From Eledone cirrhosa (lineage: Eukaryota): DNA of 64,000 bases. The position numbers were made by a program, and so were the translations under genes. The notes beneath the pieces are model-generated. The model saw nothing but the letters and a program-made list of their open reading frames with translations, was not told the DNA's origin and ran no database searches. Location of the stretch: NCBI GenBank assembly GCA_964016885.1, contig OZ024742.1, positions 26,660,001 through 26,724,000 on the forward strand, in the 5' to 3' direction. Below are positions 25,560-53,790 of the stretch, piece after piece (the first letter of the stretch is position 1; each line of letters opens with the position of its first letter).

Positions 25560-26480
25560 TTTCTCACACATACAAACACGTCAGGCACACACACTTACAT
25601 ACTTTATCACACACATATACAGATACAAATCTACATATACGTTCATACTCACATGCATTCACTCGCACACAGTATAACGCACACATACGTACATATTTAA
25701 TTACGTTTCAACATACGTTTTTACTCACGTACACATACACATACTCAAACAAAAAATTTACACGCACGTTCATACTCACATGCCGTGACTCCCACACACC
25801 TAAACCAACACACACGTTCATACATACAAGCAAACACACCTACACAAACAAAACTACACACACATTCATACTCACGTATGCACATACACTCACTCACACA
25901 CTAAAAAAAACACACATACGTTCATACATATATACATACGTTCAAACACACACACACATACACACCTACACAAACACAAATCTACATACACGATCTTCCT
26001 CACATAAATCTCTCCCACACACTTAAAAATACACGTACATTCATTCAAACATACATGCAAACACACACACACGCACACACACCTACAAAATACAAACTTA
26101 TATACACTTTCAAGCTCACATGCAGTCACTTCTACACATAAAAACTCACATATGCTCATAGATACATACGTTCAAACACACACACATGCGCAAGCAGAAA
26201 TCTACACTCACACACGTTACACTCACTCCCACACACTAAACACACACACACACACGTTCAAATAGACACGTACACAAGTACAACTCAACACACACGTTCG
26301 TACATACATTCACTCCCACACACGTTTATACATACACTCACTCCCACACACCTAAACCCATACACATACATTCATACATACATATGTTCAAACACACACA
26401 TCTATAGTCACACTAATGTTTACATTCTTATACACACATATTTCAGCAACGACACATACAGTCTCTTCAAACAAGTACTT
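25560..26480. repeat. Cryptic (CA)-rich low-complexity tract
   Basis: Recurrent cacacacgttcatac/ctcacac motifs. Confidence 0.8.
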
Positions 26481-26744
26481 CACAACGGTCACAAACACAT
26501 TCAATGCACATAACTGAATATATCCCCACATACAACTACACAATCGAAGGAATTACACACTCAGCCGCAATGAATCACACACGATCTCTGATAATCAGGC
26601 ATAGGTAATGGATATTCGTCGTTTTCAACGATGTGTGTTCCAGTAGTTCAATCAACGACACCGTTTACTCGTGAAATTAATGTGTAATTGGCTAAGCAGC
26701 TTATAATTTCTCATACTATACCTCATTGTAAATTAGATTACATA

Positions 26745-26975
26745 GAATCGTGATTAGAGTGTCTCATGAAAGCACCTTTGGACAGATTTTACGGGCAAAA
26801 CCAACATGTAGGAGACCCAGGGATAGACTCCGAGCAAGATGGCTATATAATCTTCATGAACTTGTCTGGTCTCGCAAGGGGACAAGCCGGATCTGTTGGA
26901 GACGGTTGGTTCTGAAAAGAAGAAGAAGAAGAAGAAGAAGAAGAAGAAGAAGAAGAAGAAGAAGAAGAAGAAGAA
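26745..26975 (+). mobile_element. RTE 3' end fragment with (GAA)n tail
   Basis: RVSHE..QILRAKPTCRRPRDRLRARW..LVWSRKG resembles the RTE C-terminal GRRPRGRPRTRW; followed by (GAA)n. Confidence 0.6.
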
Positions 26976-27114
26976 AATGATGATGATGAAAAAGTAGAAC
27001 CCCGACTCTATGATTTCAACATGACATTCTGTGAGGCTGAGGTTTAAAATTAATAACAATTTCAAGAAACAACGAAGACGTAGATACCCTACATCTATCT
27101 ACACACTTATAATG

Positions 27115-27329
27115 ATTTCTTATATAGGCACAAAGCCAGTAATTTTGATGGAGGGGAAAGTCGATTAAACCGACCCCAGTGCGTGACTGGTACTTTATTT
27201 TATCGACCCCGTAAGGATGAAAGGTAAAGTTAACCTCGACGGGATTTGAACTCATATCATAAAGGGCCGTAACTATATGTTGCACAGCATGGCGTCCGAC
27301 CCGCTACCGATACTGCCAATCCACCGCCC
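27115..27329 (-). mobile_element. SINE family A (long-tail variant) with TSD
   Basis: Includes the ttttgatggaggggaaagtcgattaaaccgacc segment; flanked by tatctacaca(c/g)ttataatga. Confidence 0.85.
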
Positions 27330-27529
27330 TGTATCTACACAGTTATAATGAAATGTATTGGTGTGCGCTGTTAGGGATCGAACATAGAGGTGAAAATAAC
27401 AAAGAGAAACATTTACATACTCCGTCCGTCATGTATGTATCATAGTCAGTAATATCACACGAACACTCACACACACTTGAAATCATACGTAGACGATATA
27501 AAACATAAAACATACACGTTTTCTCTTAA

Positions 27530-27748
27530 CCCTTTATCATCTACATTACTCTATATATACTATTATATTTTCATGGTAACGGCTTTACTTCACACACTAT
27601 CTCTGATAATATCAAATCTATGAAATTTTGAATGTATATATTTTGAGAACAATACCTTAACATCGGTTTGAGTGACCAATTACAGCCAGTTTCAACAGAA
27701 AAAGGTAGAGAATTCTGGCCGGTTTTGGACGGTTTGAATATTAAAGGG
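27530..27748. mobile_element. TTAA-flanked MITE (piggyBac-type ends)
   Basis: TTAA-cccttta ... taaaggg-TTAA. Confidence 0.6.
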
Positions 27749-27908
27749 TTAAACAACACATCGAAGGATGTATATATGTCGACACACACACAAAGCAAGG
27801 CTAAATCTATGCACACATAAACACAATTAATATGTATTTCATAGTGTTTTTCCAAATATTTTACCACGATAATTTTTAGAATTTTAAAAATACTGGTCTT
27901 CATTTAAT

Positions 27909-27956
<48 letters not shown>

Positions 27957-28057
27957 ATCTCTCTCTCTCTCTATCTGTTTCTCACGTTATGTCTTCGGAC
28001 CTCTTTTCACTACATGTGTCGCACGTTCTCCTGCCTTTCTCCCTATCTCTCCCTGTC

Positions 28058-28151
<94 letters not shown>

Positions 28152-28200
28152 GTATATATATATAGATGTATATATATATAGATGTATATATATATGTATA

Positions 28201-28239
<39 letters not shown>

Positions 28240-28399
28240 ATGTATATATATATATATATGTATGTATATATGTATATATATATATATATGTATGTATATA
28301 TGTATATATATATATATGTATGTATATATGTATATATATATATGTATATATGTATATATATATATATATGTATGTATATATGTATATATATATATGTAT

Positions 28400-28946
28400 G
28401 GTCATTGGCGACTAAACTGGCAACCCCACCAAGGTTTCTTGGTGAAGAGGGTGACTTTGGACATCCTGCAAGACTAAAAACAAAACGTGTCAAAGGGCAA
28501 AGGAGCTCGTAAGAGTCAATGGCCATCCAAAATCAAGGAGAGAGATGACCCCTTAGCCTCTGTCAAGGCAGAATTCTAGGAGAAGGAAAACTCTGATATA
28601 ACACCTGCAACCCTGATGGTATCCAATGATGTTGACTTGTTCTTCTTTTTGGTAAATATCATCTTGGTTAAGAGAGTAGGACTGGTTTTGTGCAGTGCTT
28701 TTGCTCACTATAAAAGCTTCACGGCACAGGCATTGCTTTATATCTGGAGATCTCTCTGCACTTGACGTCACATGGTACCATGGGCCCAGCACTATGTGTC
28801 AATAATTATCACAAGTACAGTGTTTGTAGCAGAGTTTTCAAGTCGCTGGCTGGACTAAAAAGTCACACTCGTTCTGCGCATCAGTAGGTGTTCTCTTACA
28901 TGGATATGAAGTAGTGGCCGTACTCGAAAACGAGTTGGCAGCCACC
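28400..28946 (+). mobile_element. Non-autonomous RTE-derived element, copy 2
   Basis: Near-identical to 8310-8853; 5'-truncated; (TA)n flanks. Confidence 0.8.
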
Positions 28947-28987
28947 ATATATATATATATATGTATGTATATATATATATATGTATG

Positions 28988-29190
<203 letters not shown>

Positions 29191-29467
29191 ATATATGTAT
29201 ATATGTATGTATATATATGTATATATATATGTATGTATATATATGTATATATATATGTATGTATATATATGTATATATATATGTATGTATATATATGTAT
29301 ATATATATGTATGTATATATATGTATATATATATATGTATGTATATATATGTATATATATATATATGTATGTATATATATGTATATATATATATATATGT
29401 ATGTATATATATGTATATATATGTATATATATATATATATGTATGTATATATATATATATATGTATG

Positions 29468-29501
<34 letters not shown>

Positions 29502-29527
29502 AGTATGTATATATATATATATGTATG

Positions 29528-29892
<365 letters not shown>

Positions 29893-30478
29893 GTCTCATG
29901 GTCGGGTCGTTGGCGACTAAACTGGCAACCCCACCAAGGTTTCTTGGTGAGGAGGGTGACTTTGGACATCCTGCAGGACTAAAAACAAAACCTGTCAAAG
30001 GGCAAAGGAGCTCTTAAGAGTCAATGGCCATCCAAAATCACCGGGAGAGATGACCCCTTTAGCCTTAGTCAAGGCAGAATTCTAGGAGAAGGAAAACTCT
30101 GATATAACACCTGCAACCCTGATGGTATCCAATGATGTTGACTTGTTCTTCTTTTTGGTAAATAGCATCTTGGTTAAGAGAGTGGGACTGGCTTTGTGCA
30201 GTGCCTTTGCTCACTATAAAAGCTTCACGGCACAGGCATTGCTTTATATCTGGAGATCTCTCTGCACTTGTCCTCACATGGGCCCAGCACTATGTGTCAA
30301 TAATTGTCCTACCATGGGCCTAGCACTATGTGTCAATAATTGTCACAGGTGTAGTGTTTGTACCAGAGGTTTCAAGTCGCTGGCTGGACTAAAAAGTCAC
30401 ACTCGTTCAGCGCTTCGGTAGGGGTTATCCTACATGGATGTAAAGTAGTGGCCGTACTCGAAAACGAGTTGGCAGCCA

Positions 30479-30480
<2 letters not shown>
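29893..30480 (+). mobile_element. Non-autonomous RTE-derived element, copy 3
   Basis: Near-identical to 8298-8853 with a ~35 bp internal duplication (catgggccc..aattgtc) near 30277-30345. Confidence 0.8.
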
Positions 30481-30534
<54 letters not shown>

Positions 30535-30594
30535 ATATATATATGTATATATATGTGTGTGTGTGTGTATATATATATGTATATATATATATAA

Positions 30595-30715
<121 letters not shown>

Positions 30716-30768
30716 TATATATGTGTGTGTGTGTATATGTATATATATATATATATATACATATATAA

Positions 30769-30859
<91 letters not shown>

Positions 30860-31375
30860 TAAATATGTATATATATATATATATATATATAAATATATAT
30901 GTGTGTGAAAGATTATGTTCCGTGTCCCACACATAAGGTGTGATATCTTTTGTGAAAGCCTTATTACAGGAACTGTTAACACAAAAGAAATCACATGCGA
31001 TGTTTTTGTCAATAAGTGAAAGATCTTGGAACAATGCAAAAACATCTGATTCACTCAGCCACTCAGCCATTCCTATCTCTCTCTTTCTCTCTCTCTAAAT
31101 ATATATATATATATACTTATAGATATTTGCTGATATATATATGTATATATAAATATATGTATCTATGTATGTGTGTATATAAATATAGATATATCTATGT
31201 ATATGTGTATATATATATATATATCTATGTATAAGTGTATATATATATCTCTATGTATAAGTGTATATATATATATATCTATGTATATGTGTATTTATAT
31301 ATATATCTATGTATAAGTGTATTTATATATATATCTATGTATAAGTGTATTTATATATATATCTATGTATAAGTG

Positions 31376-31424
<49 letters not shown>

Positions 31425-31841
31425 TTCCTCAGTCAAAAGACTGCTGGAATTTCAAATTTGGCGGTCATTCGATGCGTGAAGGGACAACTTAACAGACACG
31501 AAAATTAACTGCGGTGAGAATTTTTTTCTTATATCAAAGTTTAATGGGCTTCCACTGAAGATTTATGAGTGCCCACCTAAATATGTTAGTCTTCTACATA
31601 AACTGGAAACATTCTCCCAACTTGTAGAAAACTTATAATGAAACACTTGTTTGGAAAGAGAGCTATATTTTAACTTTAATTATATCTCATATAAAATAAT
31701 ACAACTGGCTCTCCACAAAATATATATATAGTTAGCACCCCACACTCTTACATTGGGTATATACTAACGTATAACCTAATGTTTGTTGAGTGAGATGGTT
31801 ACCAGTCGGAGTTTAGATTAAAGCTATCTCTGTTATTATAT

Positions 31842-31892
<51 letters not shown>

Positions 31893-31901
<9 letters not shown>

Positions 31902-32946
31902 AAGATTTGAATGGATACAGTTTAGTTGAAAGGAATTTATTGACACGTGTTTCTATAACAGTTACATAACCTGAAAACAGCTGCTATCTACAAAGTTTTA
32001 GTTATGCAGACATTCAATATTTCAATGTTATTATTTACTGTCATTTCATCAGAATAATATTATTGAGGACCTACTTGGTTTTTATAGAGAATATTAGGAG
32101 GGAGGGGTGAAGTTGTTAGAAGAATAGTTGAGGGAGTGGTTTGTTGATAGCAGTGAGAATTTTTGGTGGCAGTGAGTAATTAGATTCCCATCTGTTGTTT
32201 TGAAATTTTTATAGAATATATTATTGGTTATTTTTCTAAATTTATAGAAGGATTAGAGATAGTAAAGATATGCGTGGTTGGTTTTGTGTTTGCACTTAAT
32301 TAACATTCAGACTTCAATTTTTCTTTCAAGTGTACGTATCCTTTCACCTACGCATTCACACACAAATATATTTGCACACCTCTACAGTGTATTGTCTACT
32401 GTTTTTTTTTTTGTGTTTTTTGTACTTAAGTTCTTAGTGTTTTCGTTTAACCTTCTAGTATTGATCTTTTTTATGTGTTGTTCAAGGTTTAACGCTGTAG
32501 AGTATGACAGTCTTATAGTGGTTGGGTTTAGGATTTTGTGGTATTTGTGTGATGTAGGAAAATGTCTCTTAATTATTTTAAAGAAGAGTACTGGTAAATT
32601 TGTACTAATGGAACTATTGTATTCGGGGTTATACCATAAGTACTCTTTGCATCGCTTTCTATTATTTTTGTTTGTTGGTTTACTGGTGTGCATACTACGG
32701 AGGTAAGTGTGGTTTGGTGTTGTGTTATTATATCTACCTATGTGGGATTTATTTTGGGTGTTTTGATTGTTCCCATCTATATACTCTATTTTGTTGAGGT
32801 AGCCTGCTTTACTAAGGGCGTTATCGTAGTATTCGGCGTGTTTCTTAAATACTTGTATGTTAGAAGATAGACCCGAGATTCTAAGGGAAATATTTTTAGG
32901 GATAGATTTAATTATAGAGATGGGGGGGTTAGATCCAACATTTACG

Positions 32947-32947
<1 letters not shown>
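31893..32947 (-). mobile_element. 5'-truncated, internally deleted Penelope-like element in (TA)n
   Basis: Minus strand: YVNVGSNP(P)..[30 protein letters not shown], then WYNPEYNSSISTNL..HFPTSHKYHKILNPTTIRLSYS (PLE RT/GIY-YIG linker motifs), then LIKCKHK (C-terminal CRH-like). The 3' UTR has an HHR. Confidence 0.85.
31937..32057 (-). ncRNA. Type I hammerhead ribozyme with large branched stem II insertion
   Basis: Reverse complement of the 2910-3026 motif, with intact CTGATGA, GAAA-cacgtg-TC and AATAAA. Confidence 0.75.
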
Positions 32948-32994
<47 letters not shown>

Positions 32995-33288
32995 CATATG
33001 CATATATATGTATATATATATGTATATTTATATGTATATATATGTATATGTATGCATATTTATATGTATATATATGTATATGTATATATATGTATATGTA
33101 TGTGTGTATATATATATCTATATATATATATATATATAGGATGTGAGTTTTATTGTAGTAAAATAAAGCAATGCAGATATCGGATATATATATATATATA
33201 ACCATGTATATATACTTATACATATTTGCTGATATATGTATATATATATAAATATATGTATATATGTATGTGTGTATATACATATCTA

Positions 33289-33331
<43 letters not shown>

Positions 33332-33389
33332 CTATGTATATGTGTATATATATCTATGTATAAGTGTATATATATATATCTATGTATAA

Positions 33390-33461
<72 letters not shown>

Positions 33462-33573
33462 GCATATATATATATATGTATATATATGTATATTTATATG
33501 TATATATATGTATATGTATGTGTATTTATATGTATGTATATATATATATATGTATATATATGTATATGTATAT

Positions 33574-47348
<13,775 letters not shown>

Positions 47349-47452
47349 TTCCTGCTGACATTATTAAATTATTCCTTACAAGCTCATATGTCCCAAGTGT
47401 CTGATACCATCAACACTATACACACAGTGCTGTCATATCTAGGAACTGACTA

Positions 47453-47508
47453 ACTGCCTGATGAGGTCATAGCCATTCAATGGCTATCATCGAAATATAT
47501 ATAGCAGT
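47453..47508 (+). ncRNA. Type I hammerhead ribozyme
   Basis: actgc-CTGATGA-ggtcatagcca ttcaa tggctatcatc-GAAA-tatata-TA-gcagt-aAATAAA; lies in a short element (~47350-47555) abutting the (TA)n array. Confidence 0.88.
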
Positions 47509-48495
47509 AAATAAAGAATTATGAGTTCATGCAATTGACTTATGTTTGGTCACTATATATAATGATACAATCTCATTTGCACATGTATCCTGATTTTTCT
47601 TTACTTTTAATTGCTAGAAATAATAATGTTTTCTTTTCTGTTACGTTGCTATACAAACTGTTATGTTAGTGATAGTTGATAAATTGCTATATATATTGTT
47701 GTTGTTACTCTAGTAGTTCATATTATTAGTTCTGTTGTTGTAGTAGTTGCAACTATTCCTGTGGTTGGCTTCTTAATGTCGTATGACATGTGGACACCAT
47801 TTCGAGAAGCAAGTCGTAACCGCCGAGTCACACCTAGGCCTCATTTACTGCATTTTGGATTGAATTCAGGGCGCTGGGAAAACGTCTAATGGGTCAATCC
47901 CGAACAACATGCAGCACTGTCTGGACAGAGTCTTAATACTCACATGCTGGGCTGTCTATCGTTTCCCTTCGATGGAGATAATGTGCTGTGGTTGTGCTTC
48001 ATAATACTGGTAGAGTTTTTATCGTTGCTTCATTTTCATACATTTCTTATCTTTCTCGTTGTGTCGAGGGTCTTAATAAATCCTATTTTTTATTCCTACC
48101 GTTCCTATTTTTATGCGTATTGCTGTAGCGGTTTCACTTCTATATGCTGTTGTTGTTATTGTTGCTGTGCGTAATTCTACATTTACAGATTATTTTCTAG
48201 ATAGAAAGTCAACAATTACTTCAATTATTTAATATTTTGTCTATGATGAAGATCAAAATATAAAATCAAAATAGGTTATTGCTAAAATCATCCAGGTTAG
48301 ATATAAAAACATCTCAGGTTAGATATAATTCTGCTTCTTTATACCTTCTTACAGGCACACACAAACACACATATATATCTATATTTAAATATCAATTTAT
48401 ATGAAACAGTCTTACTATGTGAGGTATTGTGCTTTCTATATTCTAAACATTTAGGCACACAACGCACACACACACACATGCACACCCATATTTAC

Positions 48496-48729
<234 letters not shown>

Positions 48730-48869
48730 AACATATCAGAGGACCTTACAAATGCAGAGTCAGGTTCGATCTATAATATATCCTGCCTTGAGCTGATCGT
48801 CGAAGAAACATATGTAATATATTAATAAATTTTTTTTGATGCATCACTGATTCCTCGTTATCTATAATA

Positions 48870-49057
48870 ATTGTTTCTACTTTAGGCACAACGCCAGCAA
48901 TTACCCAGTGCATTACTGGTACTTTATTTCATCGACCCCGTAAGGATGAAAGGCAAAGTCAACCTCGGCGGGATTTGAACTGAGATCGTAAAGGGACGTA
49001 ACTATGCTGGGAAACATGGCGTCCGACCTTCTACCGATACTGCCAATCCACCGCCCT
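48870..49057 (-). mobile_element. SINE family A (short-tail variant) with TSD
   Basis: Flanked by cgttatctataataat direct repeats. Confidence 0.88.
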
Positions 49058-49625
49058 CGTTATCTATAATAATATACGTTGGTCTGCGGTGGCATGGAGT
49101 CCTCAAACGGCATATCGCCTACGGACGCATTTATTGCAAACTTACAACAACTATATGTATGTATAGCTTATGGCGCACCTATCAGCACTAAAGCTAATAT
49201 TTGGGTCCGGCTACCGATGTGGTATTCCACATTATGTATCACTAAGAAGCAGAATGTTAATAATAATAATGAGTTCTACTATAGGCACAAGGTCAGCAAT
49301 TTGAAGAGAGGGAAAGTCGATTAAATAGACTCCAATGCTTAACTGGTAAGTATGGTGTCCAGCGCAGCACTGGTACTGCCAATCCGCATAGTAATAAGGA
49401 GCAGGAACGAAGTATTGATATACCATCATTATGTATATTCACCTGTGACGCATATTTCCCGATTGGTCAGTTCATGGTCCGATGAGTAGTGATTGGGCCA
49501 GAGTCCGGACTCGATAGCTCTTCAGACTTGTGGGTTCTCAGGAAATATATATATATATATATGTCCCAAGGCTCTGATACCATCAACACTAAACACACAG
49601 TGCTGTCATATCTAAGAACTGACTA

Positions 49626-49681
49626 ACAGCCTGATGAGGTCATAGCCATTAAATGGCTATCATCGAAATATATATAGCAGT
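49626..49681 (+). ncRNA. Type I hammerhead ribozyme
   Basis: acagc-CTGATGA-ggtcatagccatt a aatggctatcatc-GAAA-tatata-TA-gcagt; lies in 49563-49727, a copy of 47390-47555 flanked by (TA)n. Confidence 0.85.
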
Positions 49682-49769
49682 AAATAAAGGATTATGAGTT
49701 AATGTAATTGACTTATGTTTCGTCACTATATATATATATATATATGTTTGAATGTATGCTCACACACAC

Positions 49770-49932
49770 GGTAGAGGGTCGGACGCCATGCTTTTCAGCA
49801 TAGTTACGACACTTTACGATCTGAGTTCAAATCCTGCCGAGGTTAACTTTGCCTTTCATCCTTACGAGGTCGATAAAATAAAGTACCAGTAATGCACTGG
49901 GTAATTGCTGGCCTTGTGCCTAAAATAGAAAC

Positions 49933-49935
<3 letters not shown>
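49770..49935 (+). mobile_element. SINE family A (short-tail variant), sense
   Basis: ggtagagggtcggacgccatgc..gagttcaaatcc (B box)..cctaaaatagaaacaat. Confidence 0.85.
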
Positions 49936-49988
<53 letters not shown>

Positions 49989-49991
<3 letters not shown>

Positions 49992-52011
49992 TCCTCTGGT
50001 CCCACTGGACACCTCATCGTGGCGAAGGGGTGCCAACTACTAATCTCAGTGGACAAAGAATCGGCAAATAGAGGTAGCAGACGTCGGGTTACCAACCCGT
50101 CACTGCTGTAAAAATTCTAACCGCTAAAGAAACACCAAGAAAAGCCAAAAAAACAAAAATGATCGGCGTCAAGATGAAGGCGTTGGAAACACTCCACTCT
50201 TGACGGACCTCAACCAAAGCCGAAAGGACGTTGTGGTTCCGATGAGCGGGATTCTGAGCACCAAAACAAAGATGTGAATTGGAACTTGGAACGTGCGTAC
50301 ACTATACCAGGCAGGAAAGCTTGCTCAGCTATTCGCGAGTTCGACCAGTACCATCTGGACATTCTGGGCGTGAGTATAATGCGCTGTACCGGCAGCGGAA
50401 AGATGAGTGGCAGCTCTGCTCTACTCTGAGACACAACTCTGAGACACAACTCTGCTCTACTCTGGACACCAAGACAAGCACGTTCATGGCGTTGGACTTG
50501 TGCTTAGCACCCGAGCAACTCGAGCATTGATCGGATGGGAGCTAGTCAGCGAGCGCATCATAACCTCCAGTTTTCAAAGTGGGCATGCGAAAATGACTGT
50601 TGTTCAGGTCTACGCACCGATTGATGACGCAGCCGACATCGACAAGGACGCCTTCTACGAACAGCTGCAGGACACATTTAATAACTTGCCCAGCCATGAC
50701 ATTAAACTACTGATCGGTGATTTCAACGCTCAGATTGGCTGCAACAGACAGGGACTGGAACAGGTCACTAGGCCATTCGGTTCTGCTGCGGTCACCACGG
50801 ACAACGGCGAGATACTGCAGCTGATTTGTGCCATCAACAGCTTGTGCATTAGCAAAGGCGATTCACAAGGCTACTTGGCAGTGTCCGGACCAGAAACGCC
50901 GGAATGAGAGCGACTACATCTGCGTCAACCAGCGCTGGCGGTCCTCGGTACGTGACGTCAGAGTGTACCGAGGTGCGGACGTGGGCTCAGACCACCACCT
51001 ACCGTGTGCGGAACTTCAGCTGCGCCTGAGTAAACGAACACGACAGGAAAGATAAAAGCCATATGCAGAGGAGAAACTGAGGTATCCAGGTCAAGCGCGA
51101 CTGTACCAACTGGCGCTACACAACCGATTCCAGCAGTTGAGAGAGGCTGCAGATCTGGAAGATCAATGGACGATGTTCACGACAGCGATGACTGTGGCAG
51201 CACAAGAAACTATTGGGCGAAGACGAGGAACGAGGGGGGGGGGATCAAAGAACCAACTTGGGACCTGATTGACACACGAAAAAAGGCAAAAGTTGGGCGA
51301 GATTCTGCCAGATCGGAAGAAGACCAAAAGAAAAGAGATGCCGTATACCGCCAAATCGACCGACTGGTAAAGCGAAGCTGCCGGAAGGACAAACGTGACT
51401 GGCTGGAGAAAAGGTGTGCTGAAGCAGAGGAAGTTACTGGTCGAAACGACACAAAAGCACTGTTCCGCATCGTGAGGGAGTTGACAGGAATGTCGAGCGG
51501 TGCCAGCACGCCAGTGAAGGACAAAAATGGTAAGACGTTGACCACTGGAGCGGAACAGGAGCAGAGATGGATGATGGAGCACTTCCGGGAGACGCTGAAC
51601 CAACCAAATCCTGTCGCCCTGATAGACTTGACCGCAGAGACTCCAGCAACCACTGAGGTACTCAAAGTCTGCGAGGACAATATCACCAAGCAAGAGACGA
51701 GAGATGCGATTAGCCACTTGAGGAACGGTGGACTGGATGAGATCTCTGCTGAGCTGCTTAAATTCGTTGAGGAGAGCACGATAACGGCGTTGTCAGACTT
51801 AATGAAACACTACTGGAGGGTTGGTCGGGTTCCTCTTGAGTGGCAGCGCGGTGTCATCGTCAAACTGCCGAAGAAGGGAAACCTGGCAGACTGCAACAAC
51901 TGGCATAGAATCACATTGCTGTCAGTCTCAGGCAAGGCGTTCTGCACTGTGAAGTTGCGTCGACTAAGGCAGGCTGTCAACTCTGTGCTCCAGGAGGAAC
52001 ACAGAGTTGAC
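49989..52011 (+). mobile_element. RTE-clade LINE 5' half (5' UTR, APE endonuclease, start of RT), 3'-truncated
   Basis: GTWNVRTL, DILGVS, VQVYAP, LIGDFNAQIG, DYICVNQRW, GSDHH, KKGNLADCNNWHRITLL; frameshifts; starts at (TA)n. Confidence 0.92.
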
Positions 52012-52837
52012 AGTTAATATGTATTAAGAATAATATTTAAGGGTTTAATAATATTATTAAACCCTTAAATATTATTCTTAATACATATTAACATTTTCTT
52101 TTCATCGCACATATTATTAAACCCTTAAATATTATTCTTAATACATATTAACATTTTCTTTCCATCGCACATATTATTAAACCCTTAAATATTATTCTTA
52201 ATACATATTAACATTTTCTTTCCATCGCACATATTATTAAACCCTTAAATATTATTCTTAATACATATTAATATTTTCTTTCCATCGCACATATTATTAA
52301 ACCCTTAAATATTATTCTTAATACATATTAACATTTTCTTTTCATCGCACATAGTATTAAACCCTTCAATATACAAACCTTAACTTTACATTATTTTTCT
52401 CTTCGTTAATTTTCAAATTCTGTTAATTTATACATTATCTTCCAACGGCTTTCAACCTCTCTATGTAAAACAATATATTTTTCTCAGTTATAAAAGCTAT
52501 CTCTCTCTCTTTATCTCTCTTTATCACCCATCTCTCCTCCTATCTCATCCTTCCTCATTATACTCCTCCCCATCCACTTTTTACTCTCATCTCCTCCTCT
52601 TTTCCATCCTTTCCAACCTCCCCCCTCAAAAAAATGTTTTTCCCAATATCACACATCAATCTAAAACTACTTTTCATATGTTGATTCAAAACTGCACTAT
52701 TCACAAGTGTGTTTTAACCTTCATATCATGTCTTCCTATTTTATCTGATGAAAACACAAATATTATTGCATGATGATATTTGTTTTTGAAATGCGGATAA
52801 TAAAATACATGGAACTCTTTTAACCATCCTTTGATCT

Positions 52838-52845
<8 letters not shown>
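52012..52845 (+). mobile_element. PLE-like 3' fragment with 5' inversion, ~5 tandem 60-mers and terminal HHR
   Basis: 52012-52053 is the reverse complement of part of the 60-mer; the 60 bp unit is repeated across 52051-52370; HHR at 52737. Confidence 0.65.
52737..52807 (+). ncRNA. Type I hammerhead ribozyme
   Basis: tattttat-CTGATGA-aaacacaaatattatt gcat gatgatatttgttttt-GAAA-tgcgga-TA-ataaaata; 8 bp stem I. Confidence 0.8.
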
Positions 52846-52887
<42 letters not shown>

Positions 52888-52888
52888 C

Positions 52889-53071
52889 TAGTAACACAAC
52901 AGTTAGTTCACCATACCGAGAACAAATGTTTCACCTTATGCGCATCTTCATCTCGGACTGAAGATCCGCATAAGGGAAAACAATTGTCCTCGGTATGGTG
53001 AACTAACTGTTGTGTTACTACTCCTACCAAACACTAATACTACAGATATTACCTTCCAGTGTTCTACCATC

Positions 53072-53072
<1 letters not shown>
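52889..53072 (+). mobile_element. Fold-back element with degenerate HHR on both arms
   Basis: Inverted repeat 52889-53020. Plus strand: CTGAAGA-tccgcataagg-GAAA-acaattg-TC-ctcgg. Minus strand: ccgag-aTGAAGA..GAAA-catttg-TT-ctcgg. Confidence 0.7.
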
Positions 53073-53111
<39 letters not shown>

Positions 53112-53117
<6 letters not shown>

Positions 53118-53269
53118 ATACTTTGGGAGGGTCATGTTGCCAATAAGAAACACACGTACCAACTGGTGCGTGTGTTTCTTATTGGCAACATGACCCCCCC
53201 AAAGTATAACAATATCGGTTTCAACACACGATTTCAGATAAAGAATCTTGCTAAACAAATTCAGAAACG

Positions 53270-53270
<1 letters not shown>
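53112..53270. mobile_element. Fold-back family F2, copy 2
   Basis: Homologue of 19912-20076; a further short stub lies at ~53785-53810. Confidence 0.75.
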
Positions 53271-53329
<59 letters not shown>

Positions 53330-53335
<6 letters not shown>

Positions 53336-53751
53336 AAATAACAGGAGGCTGGACTTCTGTAAGTCCTTGAAAGGTTTATTATACTATGATCATTTGAATG
53401 ACCGTATGAATTCGGTGATATCAGGTATTCGAAATATAATAAATAAATGTAACTGATTTTCAGCCCCATAGATTTTATGTTGCATTCATTTATTATATTT
53501 CCAATACCTGATGATATCACCGGATTCATACGGAACCCGGTCATTGAAATGATCATAGTATAATAAACCTTTCAAGGATTTACACTAGTCAGCCTCCTGT
53601 TATTTTATTATAATATTTAAGTCCGTACTCGCACCACCAACTACACAAATTAAGGCGGTTGAGCTGCTTTACATTGAGTACTCTCCATATTATTACATCA
53701 AGATTGACCATACGGAATGACCAACTCTATCAAGTGGTGAACCTTCAAACC

Positions 53752-53755
<4 letters not shown>
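53330..53755 (+). mobile_element. Fold-back element with HHR
   Basis: 53330-53450 is inverted relative to 53483-53610; (TA)n flanks. Confidence 0.7.
53504..53561 (+). ncRNA. Type I hammerhead ribozyme
   Basis: atac-CTGATGA-tatcaccgg..ccggtcatt-GAAA-tgatca-TA-gtat-AATAAA. Confidence 0.8.

Positions 53756-53790
<35 letters not shown>

Noticed and set aside
30905-31075. Short unique minus-strand ORF start (MAEWLSESD..)
   Set aside because: Runs into microsatellite; no recognisable homology.
52051-52370. Regularly spaced repeats as a CRISPR array
   Set aside because: Head-to-tail 60-mers without unique spacers, in a eukaryotic context.
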